This document shows, one piece after another, positions 37,402-49,648 of a DNA stretch of 64,000 bases (position 1 is the stretch's first letter; each line of letters starts with the position of its first letter). Location: positions 20,452 to 84,451 of the forward strand of contig JAQVBZ010000001.1 of the NCBI GenBank assembly GCA_028690055.1, written 5' to 3'. The translations under genes and the position numbers were made by a program. Source of the DNA: Minisyncoccota bacterium. GTDB lineage: Bacteria; Patescibacteriota; Minisyncoccia; JAHIHE01; JAGLIN01. A model generated the notes under the pieces. The model did no database searches and was not told where the DNA came from. It saw only the letters and a program-made list of their open reading frames with translations.

Positions 37402-38379
37402 ATGACCCCTCTTGAAAAAACTATCCTTGCCACCGTTTCTTATTACGATATCTTTGACTACCCGCTGACCGGATTTGAAATCTGGCGGTATTTGGTTCGG
37501 TCAAAAGATTTTGCAGAGGATAATTTTAAGGCCGGAGATACGATTGCGGCCTTGCATGAGAGCGAAGCCCTAAAAAATCACATCGGGCATAAATTCGGAT
37601 TCTATTATCTGCTGGGCCGGGAAAGAATCGTGGAAAAAAGATTATGGCGGAAAAAGCTCGCGGATCAGAAATGGAAAAAGCTCAAATATATTTTTAAAAT
37701 TTTAGTGCTAGTGCCGTTTGTGCGCGGGATTTTCGTTTCCGGTTCGCTGGCGATGGAAAATAGCAAAGACGATTCGGATGTGGACATCATCGTCGTGGCC
37801 AAGAGCGGACGGATCTGGACGGTGCGGACCTTGATGACTTCTTTGACTTTCATCCTCGGAGTCCGCAGACATGGAAAAAAGACCAAGGACCGGATTTGCC
37901 TTAATCACTATATTACGGACGAGTCTCTGCGGATTCCTTTCGAGAGTCTCTATAACGCCGAGAGCTACGCGCATCTGCTCAACGTCTATATCGAGGACGA
38001 CGGAATCTTTCATCTCTTTCAGGAGGCGAACGGCTGGCTTGCGGATTATCTTGTTAATTATCAACCTACCGAACTGCACAGTGCGCGCGCCGTGCGGAAG
38101 AATCGTTTCTTCATGAGCTTGGTCCGGATCGAGGAATTGTTTCTGGGCGGTGCAGTGGGGGGCAATTTGGAAAAAATATTTTCTGTCGTCGAGAGCAAGC
38201 GCATCTATAAGGACCCTCTTCATCTCAAACCCGGCGGACGTATCACTATTGATGATGGACAGCTGGAATTTCACCCTGACTCACACGAGCAATTCACTAT
38301 TCCCGAATTTAATTGGCGGATGCAGGAAGCGGGGCTTACGGAATTTGCCGGACAAAAAGATTCCGGGCTCAATAGATAG
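37402..38379 (+). CDS. Pol-beta-type nucleotidyltransferase domain protein of unknown function
   Basis: FVSGSLAMENSKDDSDVDII (GS..DxD motif); N-terminal YYDIFDYPLT. Confidence 0.75.
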   Translation: MTPLEKTILATVSYYDIFDYPLTGFEIWRYLVRSKDFAEDNFKAGDTIAALHESEALKNHIGHKFGFYYLLGRERIVEKRLWRKKLADQKWKKLKYIFKILVLVPFVRGIFVSGSLAMENSKDDSDVDIIVVAKSGRIWTVRTLMTSLTFILGVRRHGKKTKDRICLNHYITDESLRIPFESLYNAESYAHLLNVYIEDDGIFHLFQEANGWLADYLVNYQPTELHSARAVRKNRFFMSLVRIEELFLGGAVGGNLEKIFSVVESKRIYKDPLHLKPGGRITIDDGQLEFHPDSHEQFTIPEFNWRMQEAGLTEFAGQKDSGLNR

Positions 38380-38417
38380 GGGCTGGTTTAATTGCCTCAA
38401 TCGGACTTTTCACCTTT

Positions 38418-38578
38418 GCGGGAGCAGGTTTAAACCTGCTTTTTCCAGTTTAGATTTCATACCTAATCATTACGAAACAAGCGAGATTATATAGAATAGT
38501 ATCAGCAAAAACCGGTAATAAAAACATCGGTTTGTTGATTCTTCAAATTAAAAGGTCCGGGTGTATACCCGCTCCTGC
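38418..38578. repeat. ~160-bp MITE/REPIN-like element (family E)
   Basis: Terminal inverted repeats gcgggagc.../...gctcctgc, each arm with a small hairpin; homologous to 1240-1402. Confidence 0.65.
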
Positions 38579-38611
38579 AACATCAGTCTACAGTTTGTAT
38601 CTTTCTAATTA

Positions 38612-38639
38612 TTGACAATCTTTCTATCGAATATATAAT
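38612..38639 (+). promoter_or_regulatory. Sigma70 promoter of groES-groEL
   Basis: TTGACA-16 nt-TATAAT. Confidence 0.75.
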
Positions 38640-38643
38640 GAAG

Positions 38644-38670
38644 TTAGCACTCGCGAAGAAAGAGTGCCAA
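38644..38670 (+). promoter_or_regulatory. CIRCE element (HrcA operator)
   Basis: TTAGCACTC-gcgaagaaa-GAGTGCCAA versus the consensus TTAGCACTC-N9-GAGTGCTAA, upstream of groES. Confidence 0.92.
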
Positions 38671-38736
38671 TCGTCTCTTTAGTTAATAATTCAATAATCG
38701 GCACTTATCAAAGTGCTTAAAAGAAAGGAATCTGAT

Positions 38737-39027
38737 ATGAAACTTAAACCTCTTAGTAACAAGATTATTTTGGAAGCTGTCTCAGCAGAAGAGAAGACCA
38801 AGAGCGGACTTATCATCCCTGATACGATAAATCAGGAAAAGCCTGAGCAAGGCAAGGTTTTGGCAGTCGGCCCAGGCAAACTTTTGAAGAGCGGTGAGCG
38901 CAGCAAGATGGATGTCAAAGTCGGCGACACAGTTATTTTTTCCAAGTATTCTCCCAGCGAGATCAAGCTCGACGGTAAGGAATATCTGGTTGTCGGCGAA
39001 GAAGACGTTTTAGCGATCGTGGGATAA
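38737..39027 (+). CDS. groES: Co-chaperonin GroES
   Basis: MKLKPL...KTKSGLIIPD...KPEQGKVLAVGPG...VKVGD. Confidence 0.98.
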   Translation: MKLKPLSNKIILEAVSAEEKTKSGLIIPDTINQEKPEQGKVLAVGPGKLLKSGERSKMDVKVGDTVIFSKYSPSEIKLDGKEYLVVGEEDVLAIVG

Positions 39028-39060
39028 TCCATATCACGGAAATTCGCTCTATCTCTTATG

Positions 39061-40926
<1,866 letters not shown>

Positions 40927-41027
40927 TGTGTATCGCAAGAGAGGCTCGGGCTCGTTGTGGGTCCGGCCTTTCTCGTGAAACATTACAGCATGTGGAGTAG
41001 CGGATTTCATCTCTCGCTGTATTGTAT

Positions 41028-41132
41028 GGAGTAGCAGGATTTATCCCGCGCTGCTTCCCAAGCGGAGAAATACGCCGATTATACTTGTACTTTTCGCATA
41101 GGATAGCCGCACAGACTAAAGTCTGCTACTCC
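41028..41132. repeat. Family B REP doublet (preceded by a half copy at 40994)
   Basis: ggagtagcaggatttatcccgcgc...cagactaaagtctgctactcc. Confidence 0.88.
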
Positions 41133-41176
41133 ATTGTGGCGGATATTATCTCCTTGTGTCTGATAAGGAGTAATCA

Positions 41177-41248
41177 GTCCTCGTAGTTCAATGGATAGAA
41201 CGTAGGTTTCCGGAACCTATGATACGGGTTCGATTCCTGTCGAGGGCA
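41177..41248 (+). tRNA. tRNA-Arg(CCG)
   Basis: Acceptor GTCCTCG/CGAGGGC, anticodon arm TAGGT-TTCCGGA-ACCTA and GGTTCGATTCC. Confidence 0.95.
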
Positions 41249-41370
41249 CAGTGAAAATAAAAGCCGGTATGTCCGGCTCTTGTTGTCAATCTTCTTGATA
41301 TTTCCTGATTATATCGCTTTTGCAAACCATCGAAGCATGTCTACAAGAACTACGGAACGTTTTTTTACGT

Positions 41371-41472
41371 GGAGTAGCGGGATTCGTCCCGCGCTGCTGT
41401 CCCAAGCCGAGAAATGCATCAAATACGTTTTTCCCGTATGAGATAGCCGCGCAGACTAAAGTCTGCTACTCC
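41371..41472. repeat. Family B REP doublet
   Basis: ggagtagcgggattcgtcccgcgc...gcgcagactaaagtctgctactcc. Confidence 0.9.
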
Positions 41473-41655
41473 ATTACGATATCATTTATATATAGTATAA
41501 TTTGAGTTCTTTCTTAACGGTATGATTGTGATATAATAGAAGCAATCTCATTAATATAATTTTTCGCATTCGACTCTGCCTATGCTCGCAGCAGAAACCA
41601 AAAATTTTTACAAATATTTTACTTTTAGACTGAATTAATTTTTAAGCAGAAAACT

Positions 41656-42207
41656 ATGGATTTTACAATCATCCTTATGGTGGCTCTCGCCGCTATAGTT
41701 CTTTGGTTCATTGCCATTTACAACGGACTCGTCAAGCTCAAAGTCCGCACCGATGAAGCTTGGAGTGATATCGATGTTCAGCTCAAACGTCGATATGATC
41801 TTATTCCTAATCTTATCAACACCGTGAAGGGCTATGCCGCGCACGAGAGCGGAGTTTTTGAGAGAGTCACCGAAGCTCGTACCAAGGCGATGAGCGCCGG
41901 AACTGCCGCCGAAAAAGGCCAAGCAGAAAATGCTCTTTCCGGTACGCTCAAGAGTTTATTCGCGGTTGCGGAGAATTATCCGGAGCTTAAGGCCAATACC
42001 AATTTTTTGGAACTGCAGAGAGAACTTTCCGACACAGAAAACAAGATTCAGGCCTCACGCAGATTTTACAACGGCAACGTCCGCGACCTCAACACTAAGA
42101 TTCAGATTTTTCCCGACAGCATCGTGGCTGGCATTCTCAGCATAACCAAGAGAGAATTCTTCGAGATCGAAGAAGGGGAGAAGGCGGTACCGAAGGTCGA
42201 GTTCTAA
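41656..42207 (+). CDS. lemA: LemA family protein
   Basis: AWSDIDVQLKRRYDLIPNL, AVAENYPELKAN and RRFYN. Confidence 0.96.
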   Translation: MDFTIILMVALAAIVLWFIAIYNGLVKLKVRTDEAWSDIDVQLKRRYDLIPNLINTVKGYAAHESGVFERVTEARTKAMSAGTAAEKGQAENALSGTLKSLFAVAENYPELKANTNFLELQRELSDTENKIQASRRFYNGNVRDLNTKIQIFPDSIVAGILSITKREFFEIEEGEKAVPKVEF

Positions 42208-42465
42208 ATTTCAGTTCGAAAGTATATCACAATGGCCTGATATTCAATGTGTCTCTCTTAATTTGTCATTCTGGAATTTTGGTAACCCAAAATACCCAGT
42301 ACATGGTTTTAATTGACCCGCCAAGATACTTCGCATAATTAAGATATCGTTTTTGGATAAGATATTTTCTTCAAACGTAAAGTGTAAACTCTTAGGTAGG
42401 CAAATCTCAGAACCGCTTTATTGAACCTGCCAAATAGCATTTCCCGCTACAAAACCATTATTTTT

Positions 42466-42558
42466 GTCATTCCGGTAGGAATCCCTTGTCCCTTTATCGG
42501 TATTGTAATATCTGCTAGCTTAGTAATAGATAGTTTAAGGGATCCCTGCGGGATGACA
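42466..42558. repeat. Short TGTCAT-type palindromic doublet
   Basis: tgtcattccggtaggaatccctt...aagggatccctgcgggatgaca. Confidence 0.65.
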
Positions 42559-42692
42559 AAATGTGGGTTCTTGTCGCAGGGAAAGAAGTCCTGTATATTT
42601 GAAACGTTTATAAAGTTATGCAGAACTTCGGTTAAAGATGTCTGTTCCTCTACCGATGGTTTCTAAATTGTAGCAATTTAAATCTTACAAAC

Positions 42693-43583
42693 ATGGCCAC
42701 ACTCTATACACAATCTGACAGCAATACCCGCAAGACTTATTTGCTCATAAGTTTCTTTTTGATTTTTGTGATTGCGGTTGGGTGGGTCTTTTCACAAGCG
42801 ATGGGTTCCAGTGATATCCTTTATATTGCCGTTATTTTTTCTACGCTGATGAGTGTCGGCAGTTATTGGTATTCTGATAAGCTCGTGCTTTCGATGAGCA
42901 AGGCGCGTCTGGTGGAGTTTGAAGACAATAAAGAACTCTATCGTTTGGTGGAAAATCTTTGCATCACTGCAGGGCTTCCGCTTCCCAAAATATATATCAT
43001 CGACGATTCCGCACCTAATGCTTTTGCCACCGGACGTGATCCGCAGCATGCGGTAATCGCTGTTACTTCCGGTATTTTGCAAAAGCTTGACCGGAGCGAA
43101 CTGGAAGGGGTGATTGCGCACGAGCTTTCTCATATTGGTAATCGAGATATATTACTTGCGACTGTGGTAGTGGTTTTGGTGGGAGTCGTGGCGCTGCTGG
43201 CCGATTATTTTAAGCACATGCTTTTTTGGGGAGGAGGACGCGATAATGATAATAAGGGGGGCAATCTATATATTATGATTCTGGCAATTCTGTTATCCAT
43301 TCTGGCGCCGCTTTTCGCTATGCTTATCCAGCTGGCGATTTCGCGCAAAAGAGAATTCCTTGCCGATGCCGACGGTGCGCTTCTAACTCGTTATCCCGAA
43401 GGTCTTGCCAGCGCGCTGGAAAAGATTTCGTCGGACCAAGAACCCTTGGAAGTCGCCAATCGTGCCACGGCGCATCTCTATATTGCTAGCCCATTTAAAG
43501 GCAACAAAGTCAGCAAGCTTTTTATGACCCATCCGCCTATCGAAGAAAGAGTCGCGGTTCTACGCGGGATGGACGTTAAATAA
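42693..43583 (+). CDS. htpX: M48 zinc metalloprotease HtpX
   Basis: PNAFATGR, AHELSH, SRKREFLAD and THPP; follows lemA. Confidence 0.95.
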   Translation: MATLYTQSDSNTRKTYLLISFFLIFVIAVGWVFSQAMGSSDILYIAVIFSTLMSVGSYWYSDKLVLSMSKARLVEFEDNKELYRLVENLCITAGLPLPKIYIIDDSAPNAFATGRDPQHAVIAVTSGILQKLDRSELEGVIAHELSHIGNRDILLATVVVVLVGVVALLADYFKHMLFWGGGRDNDNKGGNLYIMILAILLSILAPLFAMLIQLAISRKREFLADADGALLTRYPEGLASALEKISSDQEPLEVANRATAHLYIASPFKGNKVSKLFMTHPPIEERVAVLRGMDVK

Positions 43584-43811
43584 GATATGAAACAAAGATA
43601 CAGGCACTTTTCGCAAGAACAACTTTTTTCTTTTGCTGTTTTTTTAAAATCATTTCTGTCTCATCGGTAAGCCTGGGGGAGAGGAAAAAAATATCGAAAA
43701 TCAGCGCCGTCACAATCAAAAAATTTTTACCATTTCCTTTAATCTTTATTTCTGCTAAAATAAAATCATAGATATTATTCTGTAAGACTTAAAAGTTATT
43801 ATTTGCTTGCC

Positions 43812-44288
43812 ATGAATATTACCAAAAAAACGGCCGTCGCGGCGCTTTTGATTGTTGCCGTTTTTATGCTTCCTGGTTGTTCGGTCAAGGAGTCGGATAA
43901 GCAGGCCGAGAAAGAAGAAAATCGAGATAAGATCGATACCGACAGTGACGGACTTTACAATTATGAAGAGGTAAAGTTCGGTACGGATATCAGCAAGAAA
44001 GACACTGACAGTGACGGACTTTCCGATTATGACGAGGTAAGGAGGTGGAACACCGATCCGAATAAGGCGGACACTGACGACGATGGCTCCGATGATGGGG
44101 AGGAAGTCATAGAGGGGCACGATCCCAATAGTAAGACGGCGCAACTCGATACCGACAATGACGGCTTGGGCAATGCGGACGAGATGAAATTCGGCACCGA
44201 CCTGGAGCAGCCCGATACGGATGGCGATGGATTCACCGATAAACAGGAAGTCGACGCTGGGCGCGATCCTTTGAATCGCTACAAGTAG
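43812..44288 (+). CDS. Lipoprotein with DTDxDG (thrombospondin type-3-like, Ca-binding) repeats
   Basis: Lipobox LPGC and five DTD(S/D/N/G)DG..D..E repeats. Confidence 0.8.
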   Translation: MNITKKTAVAALLIVAVFMLPGCSVKESDKQAEKEENRDKIDTDSDGLYNYEEVKFGTDISKKDTDSDGLSDYDEVRRWNTDPNKADTDDDGSDDGEEVIEGHDPNSKTAQLDTDNDGLGNADEMKFGTDLEQPDTDGDGFTDKQEVDAGRDPLNRYK

Positions 44289-44336
44289 AATACTCGAAAC
44301 ATCAACAAATATAAAAACTAAAGTTAAACAAAAATT

Positions 44337-45317
44337 ATGGAAAACCTATTTTCAAAGGAGCTTCTGAGTGCGGACGATCTTATTAAGGTTTCTTGGAAAG
44401 CGTTTTGGCAAAGGTTCTTGAAATTTGCTTATGTGCGTATGCTGGCAATCGTATCATTCTTGTTTGCATCTACTGTTCTGGTGGCATCGGCACTAGCTTC
44501 ATTTGGCGGTGGTATCATGCTTACCGCTATCCTGTTAGACATCGTTGTTTTTCTGATCATTGTTTTGGTTGAGAATATAATGTTCTATGAAATCATCAAG
44601 GACAAAAACATCAGGATTCGAAAAGCTTTTCGAAAAGCTCTTCCCAAAATCAAACCGGTTATCGGATGCTGGTCCGTATATTTTTTGACCTCTCTTAACC
44701 TCGTTGTCCTTTTGATGTTTCTGGGAGGATTCTTTCTTATGTCAGTCGCCTTAATCAGCATTCTCCCGGCTGCGCATACTATGAACGTCGTTTTTGGTAT
44801 GATGTCGGCCTTTTTGATATTGTTTGTCGGTGTCATATTGATGATTCTTTCCATCTTTGCCGGTATATGGCAACGTTTTCTTTTCTTCAATGTAATTATC
44901 GAAGGAATGCCTGTGCGCGAGGCGCTGGACCACTCTTTTTCTCTGCTCAGCAAGAATAAACAATTCGTATTTGAGCGAGCAGGCGGTTTTTTCCTTCTCT
45001 ATATCCTCATCCAGACGACTCTCGTGGTACTTTCTTACATACATCCCGTTTTTGATACTGTCAGGGGTGTAGCGAATTATGTCTTGGCGGGTTGGTGGAT
45101 AGTTTTCCATTATTCGATGTATGAAAATATTAAAGCCGCGGGAGCGGAGAAGAAGGTGGATGAAGTAGATCGGCAGGCGGTAGCGTCCTTGCTCAAGAGT
45201 GGGTGGGTTATCCTTTTGACAGGCATTATGGTGACGATTTTTTCTTGCGTATTCCTCGTGGCGCAATCGGATTTTTGGAGTGTGGCGGCGCTAGCGTCTT
45301 CTCTTTTTCGATTATAA
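44337..45317 (+). CDS. Polytopic membrane protein of unknown function
   Basis: 326-aa ORF with about 7 hydrophobic segments. Confidence 0.75.
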   Translation: MENLFSKELLSADDLIKVSWKAFWQRFLKFAYVRMLAIVSFLFASTVLVASALASFGGGIMLTAILLDIVVFLIIVLVENIMFYEIIKDKNIRIRKAFRKALPKIKPVIGCWSVYFLTSLNLVVLLMFLGGFFLMSVALISILPAAHTMNVVFGMMSAFLILFVGVILMILSIFAGIWQRFLFFNVIIEGMPVREALDHSFSLLSKNKQFVFERAGGFFLLYILIQTTLVVLSYIHPVFDTVRGVANYVLAGWWIVFHYSMYENIKAAGAEKKVDEVDRQAVASLLKSGWVILLTGIMVTIFSCVFLVAQSDFWSVAALASSLFRL

Positions 45318-45630
45318 TTTTTGAAAAAATATTTGTAAGGGCAAGGCGAAATTTCTCGCCTTGCTTTTTTAAGGCGCGTGTTTTATCGGCTTGGTTAACT
45401 CTGTACGTTTTCTGTTTGTTCTTTCGAAAGGAGCGCTCGTCTGATGAATATGAAAAATATCTAAGTTTCTACTAAAACAATGTTGATATGTCTGGAGTAG
45501 GCAGAGGATCAGTTCTTTCTGCTAAAAAATAAAATATCAGAAGATCCTTAATCTTTATCGCATCGTTTCTCGGCATTTTAAAACTATGCTATAATGAAGG
45601 CATTATTTAAACAAATAAAAAAATAAATCT

Positions 45631-48066
45631 ATGGCTAAAAATAGAAAGGAGAAACTCATTCTCTGGTTCGATGAAGTCAACAATCAGGATGTTTCTCTGG
45701 TGGGCGGAAAGAACGCGTCGCTGGGTGAAATGTATCAGAAACTTACCAAGCAGAAAGTAAGTATTCCGAATGGTTTTGCGACCACAGCTTATGCTTATCG
45801 GTACTTTATGAAAGAGACCGGACTGATGGACGAAATCAGGATTATTTTAAAAGACCTGGATACGCGTGATATGAAAAATCTTTCCGACCGCGGGGAAAAA
45901 ATCAGACATGCTATTATGGCGGCAGAATTTCCGGAGGATTTTACCGAAGAGATTACTGCGGCTTATCATAAGATAGAAGAGGAGTACGGAGAGCGCGCCG
46001 ATATGGCGGTCCGGAGCTCCGCTACTGCCGAAGATCTGCCGGATGCGTCTTTTGCCGGTCAGCAGGAATCATATCTGAATATCAGAGGCGTGCACGATAT
46101 ACTTTATGCTACCAAACAATGTGTCTCTTCGCTTTTTACCAATCGCGCCATTTCTTATCGTGTGGATAGAGGATTCGATCATTTCGATATCGCACTTTCG
46201 GTGGGAGTGCAAAAGATGGTACGCAGCGACAAGGCAGTAAGTGGAGTAATGTTCTCTATCGATACCGAGTCGGGTTTCCGTGATGCGGTGGTCATCAATG
46301 GTTCTTATGGTTTGGGTGAAAATATCGTCAAAGGTCGCGTCAATCCTGATGAATTTTATGTTTTTCAACCTACCCTTAAAAAAGGTTTCAAGCCTATCGT
46401 GGAAAAACGACTAGGCTTCAAGGAAGAAAAACTCATTTATTCCAGTGAAGGTCGCAACTCGACCAAGAATGTCAAGGTGTCGACCGAGGACCGTCGCAGA
46501 TTCTGCATCACGGACGAAGAGGTTTTGCAACTGGCACGCTGGGCGACCATCATCGAAGAACATTATAAGCGTCCGATGGATATGGAATGGGCGAAAGACG
46601 GTCTTACCGGAAAACTTTTTATCGTGCAGGCAAGACCTGAAACGGCGCAGAGTAATCGTGACGGTAATTTCCTTGAGGAATATCTATTGAAAGAAAAAGG
46701 AAAAATTTTGTGTTCAGGCGCGAGCGTTGGCTACAAGATCGGTAGCGGCAAGGCTAATGTCATAAAAGATGTTTCAGATATTGGAGATTTTAAGAAAGGC
46801 GAAGTTTTGGTTACTGAAATGACCGATCCGGACTGGGAACCGATTATGAAGATTGCTTCGGCTATCGTAACTAATTCCGGTGGAAGGACCTGTCATGCCG
46901 CTATCATTTCGCGTGAGCTGGGGATTCCTTGTATCGTTGGAACTCGTAACGCCACGGAACAAATAAAATCCGGAAAAGAAGTCACTGTTTCTTGCGCGGA
47001 AGGTGAGAGCGGATATGTTTACGACGGGGTTTTGAAATTCGAAATCAAAAAGACCGACCTTAAGACTCTGAAACGTCCTAAGAACGTGAAGATTATGATG
47101 AATCTGGGTGAGCCGGAACAGGCATTCACACAGTCACTCATTCCAAATGACGGAGTGGGATTGGCTCGGGAAGAATTTGTCATCAATAATGCGATAAGAA
47201 TCCATCCGATGGCGCTCTTAGCGATGGACGGCAAGGTCAAAGGTGTGAAGATCGACCGTCATACTGCCAAGATCATAGACAAAATTACTTACGGTTATAA
47301 GAACAAAACAGAATTCTTTGTGGACAAATTGGCGCAGGGTATCGGAAAATTGGGTGCGGCTTTCTATCCCAAGGATGTGATTGTTCGTTTCTCCGATTTT
47401 AAGACCAACGAGTATGCGAATCTTATCGGTGGACAATATTTCGAGCCCAAGGAAGAGAACCCGATGATCGGTTGGCGCGGAGCTTCCAGATATTACGATG
47501 AAAAATACGCCGCCGCTTTTGCTCTGGAATGTGAAGCGATCAAAAGGGTGCGCGAGCAATTCGGACTCACCAATGTGATTGTGATGATTCCTTTCTGCCG
47601 AACCGTCGATGAGGGCAAGAATGTTCTGGACATCATGAAGAAATTCGGATTGGAGCGGGGCAAGAACGGACTCAAGGTTTTCGTGATGGCGGAAATTCCG
47701 GCAAATATTCTGTTGGTCGATGAATTTTCAAAGATTTTCGACGGTTTCTCCATTGGCAGCAACGACCTTACTCAGCTGACTTTGGGATTGGATCGTGATA
47801 ACGGAACCATCGCCCATATCGGCAACGAAAAGAACGAGGCGGTGCGGATTCTTATCAGACAGCTCATCAAAGGCGCTCACAAGAGGAAACGTAAAGTCGG
47901 TATCTGTGGGCAGGCTCCTTCCGATTTTCCGGATTATGCCGAATGGCTGATGAAAGAAGGTATCGATAGCATCTCAGTCACTCCCGACACGGTGCTCAAG
48001 ACCACTCTCAATCTGGGCGGCGGCAACAAGCCGGCGGCTAAGAAAGCTGTGAAGAAGAAAAAATAG
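45631..48066 (+). CDS. ppsA: Phosphoenolpyruvate synthase
   Basis: VGGKNASLGEM, AVRSSATAEDLPDASFAGQQ, GGRTCHAAI and GSNDLTQ. Confidence 0.98.
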   Translation: MAKNRKEKLILWFDEVNNQDVSLVGGKNASLGEMYQKLTKQKVSIPNGFATTAYAYRYFMKETGLMDEIRIILKDLDTRDMKNLSDRGEKIRHAIMAAEFPEDFTEEITAAYHKIEEEYGERADMAVRSSATAEDLPDASFAGQQESYLNIRGVHDILYATKQCVSSLFTNRAISYRVDRGFDHFDIALSVGVQKMVRSDKAVSGVMFSIDTESGFRDAVVINGSYGLGENIVKGRVNPDEFYVFQPTLKKGFKPIVEKRLGFKEEKLIYSSEGRNSTKNVKVSTEDRRRFCITDEEVLQLARWATIIEEHYKRPMDMEWAKDGLTGKLFIVQARPETAQSNRDGNFLEEYLLKEKGKILCSGASVGYKIGSGKANVIKDVSDIGDFKKGEVLVTEMTDPDWEPIMKIASAIVTNSGGRTCHAAIISRELGIPCIVGTRNATEQIKSGKEVTVSCAEGESGYVYDGVLKFEIKKTDLKTLKRPKNVKIMMNLGEPEQAFTQSLIPNDGVGLAREEFVINNAIRIHPMALLAMDGKVKGVKIDRHTAKIIDKITYGYKNKTEFFVDKLAQGIGKLGAAFYPKDVIVRFSDFKTNEYANLIGGQYFEPKEENPMIGWRGASRYYDEKYAAAFALECEAIKRVREQFGLTNVIVMIPFCRTVDEGKNVLDIMKKFGLERGKNGLKVFVMAEIPANILLVDEFSKIFDGFSIGSNDLTQLTLGLDRDNGTIAHIGNEKNEAVRILIRQLIKGAHKRKRKVGICGQAPSDFPDYAEWLMKEGIDSISVTPDTVLKTTLNLGGGNKPAAKKAVKKKK

Positions 48067-48079
48067 TTTCGCAAAATAT

Positions 48080-48110
48080 AAAAACGACCCTTTTATAGGG
48101 TCGTTTTTTT
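48080..48110 (+). terminator. Intrinsic terminator after ppsA
   Basis: aaaaacgaccct-tttat-agggtcgttttttt. Confidence 0.8.
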
Positions 48111-48221
48111 ACACGCAGAAATAACCGAATTCAGTTAGATATGTTTTTAAGATGTATTTAAGAAGAACCATTCTTGCTTTTTAAAGAAACATAACTATAT
48201 TGTCAGGTGAAATATCGTAAA

Positions 48222-48263
48222 GGGATTCCGGATATTTCGCAGTAACGAAATTTCGGAATGACA
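48222..48263. repeat. Family H half element
   Basis: gggattccggatatttcgcagtaacgaaatttcggaatgaca is the reverse complement of 22603-22644. Confidence 0.75.
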
Positions 48264-48391
48264 CACAGGAGAGGATCGGGATTGATTAAAGGAAGGATAA
48301 GAACTGTTATTCAAAAGACATGCCAGCATCGCCCCTCTGGTCAAAAACCGCTATTTTGCATAGAATGTAGATAGATACTTAAGCCATACAT

Positions 48392-49588
48392 ATGCAAAAA
48401 AGACCTCTAGCCGACCGGATGCGCCCCAAGTCTTTTGAGGAGTTTTTTGGTCAGGAAAAAATCGTCGGGGAGGGAAAAATGCTTAAAAAAGCGATTGAGG
48501 GAGATAAGATTCCGTCGATGATTTTTTGGGGGCCGCCAGGATCGGGCAAGACTACGCTCGCAGGGATTATCGCCGAGAAGACCGGAAGTGAATTCGTTTC
48601 TATGAGCGCTACCAATAGCGGCGTTAAGGATTTGCGGCGGGAGATGGAGAGGGCCGAGTCGTTGGGGCGTTTAGGAACTAAGACTATCCTTTTTATCGAC
48701 GAAATACATCGCTTTAATAAATCTCAGCAGGATTTCCTTTTGCCTTATGTTGAGCGTGGCACTATTACGCTCATCGGCGCCACTACTGAGAATCCCAGTT
48801 TTGAAGTAAATAACGCGCTACTTTCCCGCGCGCGGGTTTTTGTTTTGGAAAAACTCAGTGTGGAAGATTTGGAGAAGATAATCTCTCGTTCAATCAAAGA
48901 TAAGAAAAACGGTCTCGGGGGCGAAGGGATAAAAATGGGCAAAAAGGAAATCGAGTTTCTTGCCCAGATGTCGGATGGTGATGCGCGCATCGCCTTGAGC
49001 GTTCTTGAATTTGCAGCAGAAATGAATAAAAATATCAGTCGGGAGATAATAGAGGAGTCTTTGCAGAAAGCCATAATGTATGACCGTAACGGCGAAGAGC
49101 ATTACAATCTCATTTCGGCCCTGCATAAATCGATGCGCGGCTCCGATGCTGATGCGGCGTTATATTATTTGGCTAGGATGCTTTCTGGCGGTGAGGACCC
49201 TCTTTATATAGCACGCCGTCTCGTCCGTTTTGCTTCTGAGGATATCGGCATTGCCAATTCACAAGCGCTTACTCAGGCAGTGGATGTTTATCAGGCTTGT
49301 CATTTTATCGGTTATCCTGAGTGCTCGGTCAATCTGGCGCAGGCCGTGGTCTATATGGCCAAATCCAAGAAAAGCAATAAGCTCTATATTGCATATAACG
49401 AGGCTCAAAAGGATGTTGAGGCTTTCGGAGCATTGCCGGTACCGCTTCATATCCGTAACGCTTCCACCAAACTGATGAAAGAGCTCGATTACGGCAAGGG
49501 CTATAAGTACTCGCCGGACTTTGGTTACAGCGAAAATCAGGAGTATTTGCCGGAAAAGCTTAAGGGTAAAAAATACCTTGATTTCTAA
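48392..49588 (+). CDS. rarA: Replication-associated recombination protein A (RarA/MgsA)
   Basis: PLADRMRP, WGPPGSGKTT, DEIHRFNKSQQD, ISALHKSMRGSD and ASEDIG. Confidence 0.97.
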   Translation: MQKRPLADRMRPKSFEEFFGQEKIVGEGKMLKKAIEGDKIPSMIFWGPPGSGKTTLAGIIAEKTGSEFVSMSATNSGVKDLRREMERAESLGRLGTKTILFIDEIHRFNKSQQDFLLPYVERGTITLIGATTENPSFEVNNALLSRARVFVLEKLSVEDLEKIISRSIKDKKNGLGGEGIKMGKKEIEFLAQMSDGDARIALSVLEFAAEMNKNISREIIEESLQKAIMYDRNGEEHYNLISALHKSMRGSDADAALYYLARMLSGGEDPLYIARRLVRFASEDIGIANSQALTQAVDVYQACHFIGYPECSVNLAQAVVYMAKSKKSNKLYIAYNEAQKDVEAFGALPVPLHIRNASTKLMKELDYGKGYKYSPDFGYSENQEYLPEKLKGKKYLDF

Positions 49589-49648
49589 AATTTCCAAAAA
49601 TATGGTAAAATGGAGTTAAATGGACAAACTAATCCGTAATGCAAAAAA

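Noticed and set aside
38699-38720. Second CIRCE-like inverted repeat ggcactt-atca-aagtgct
   Set aside because: The spacing is far shorter than the 9 nt HrcA requires; more likely a small leader hairpin.
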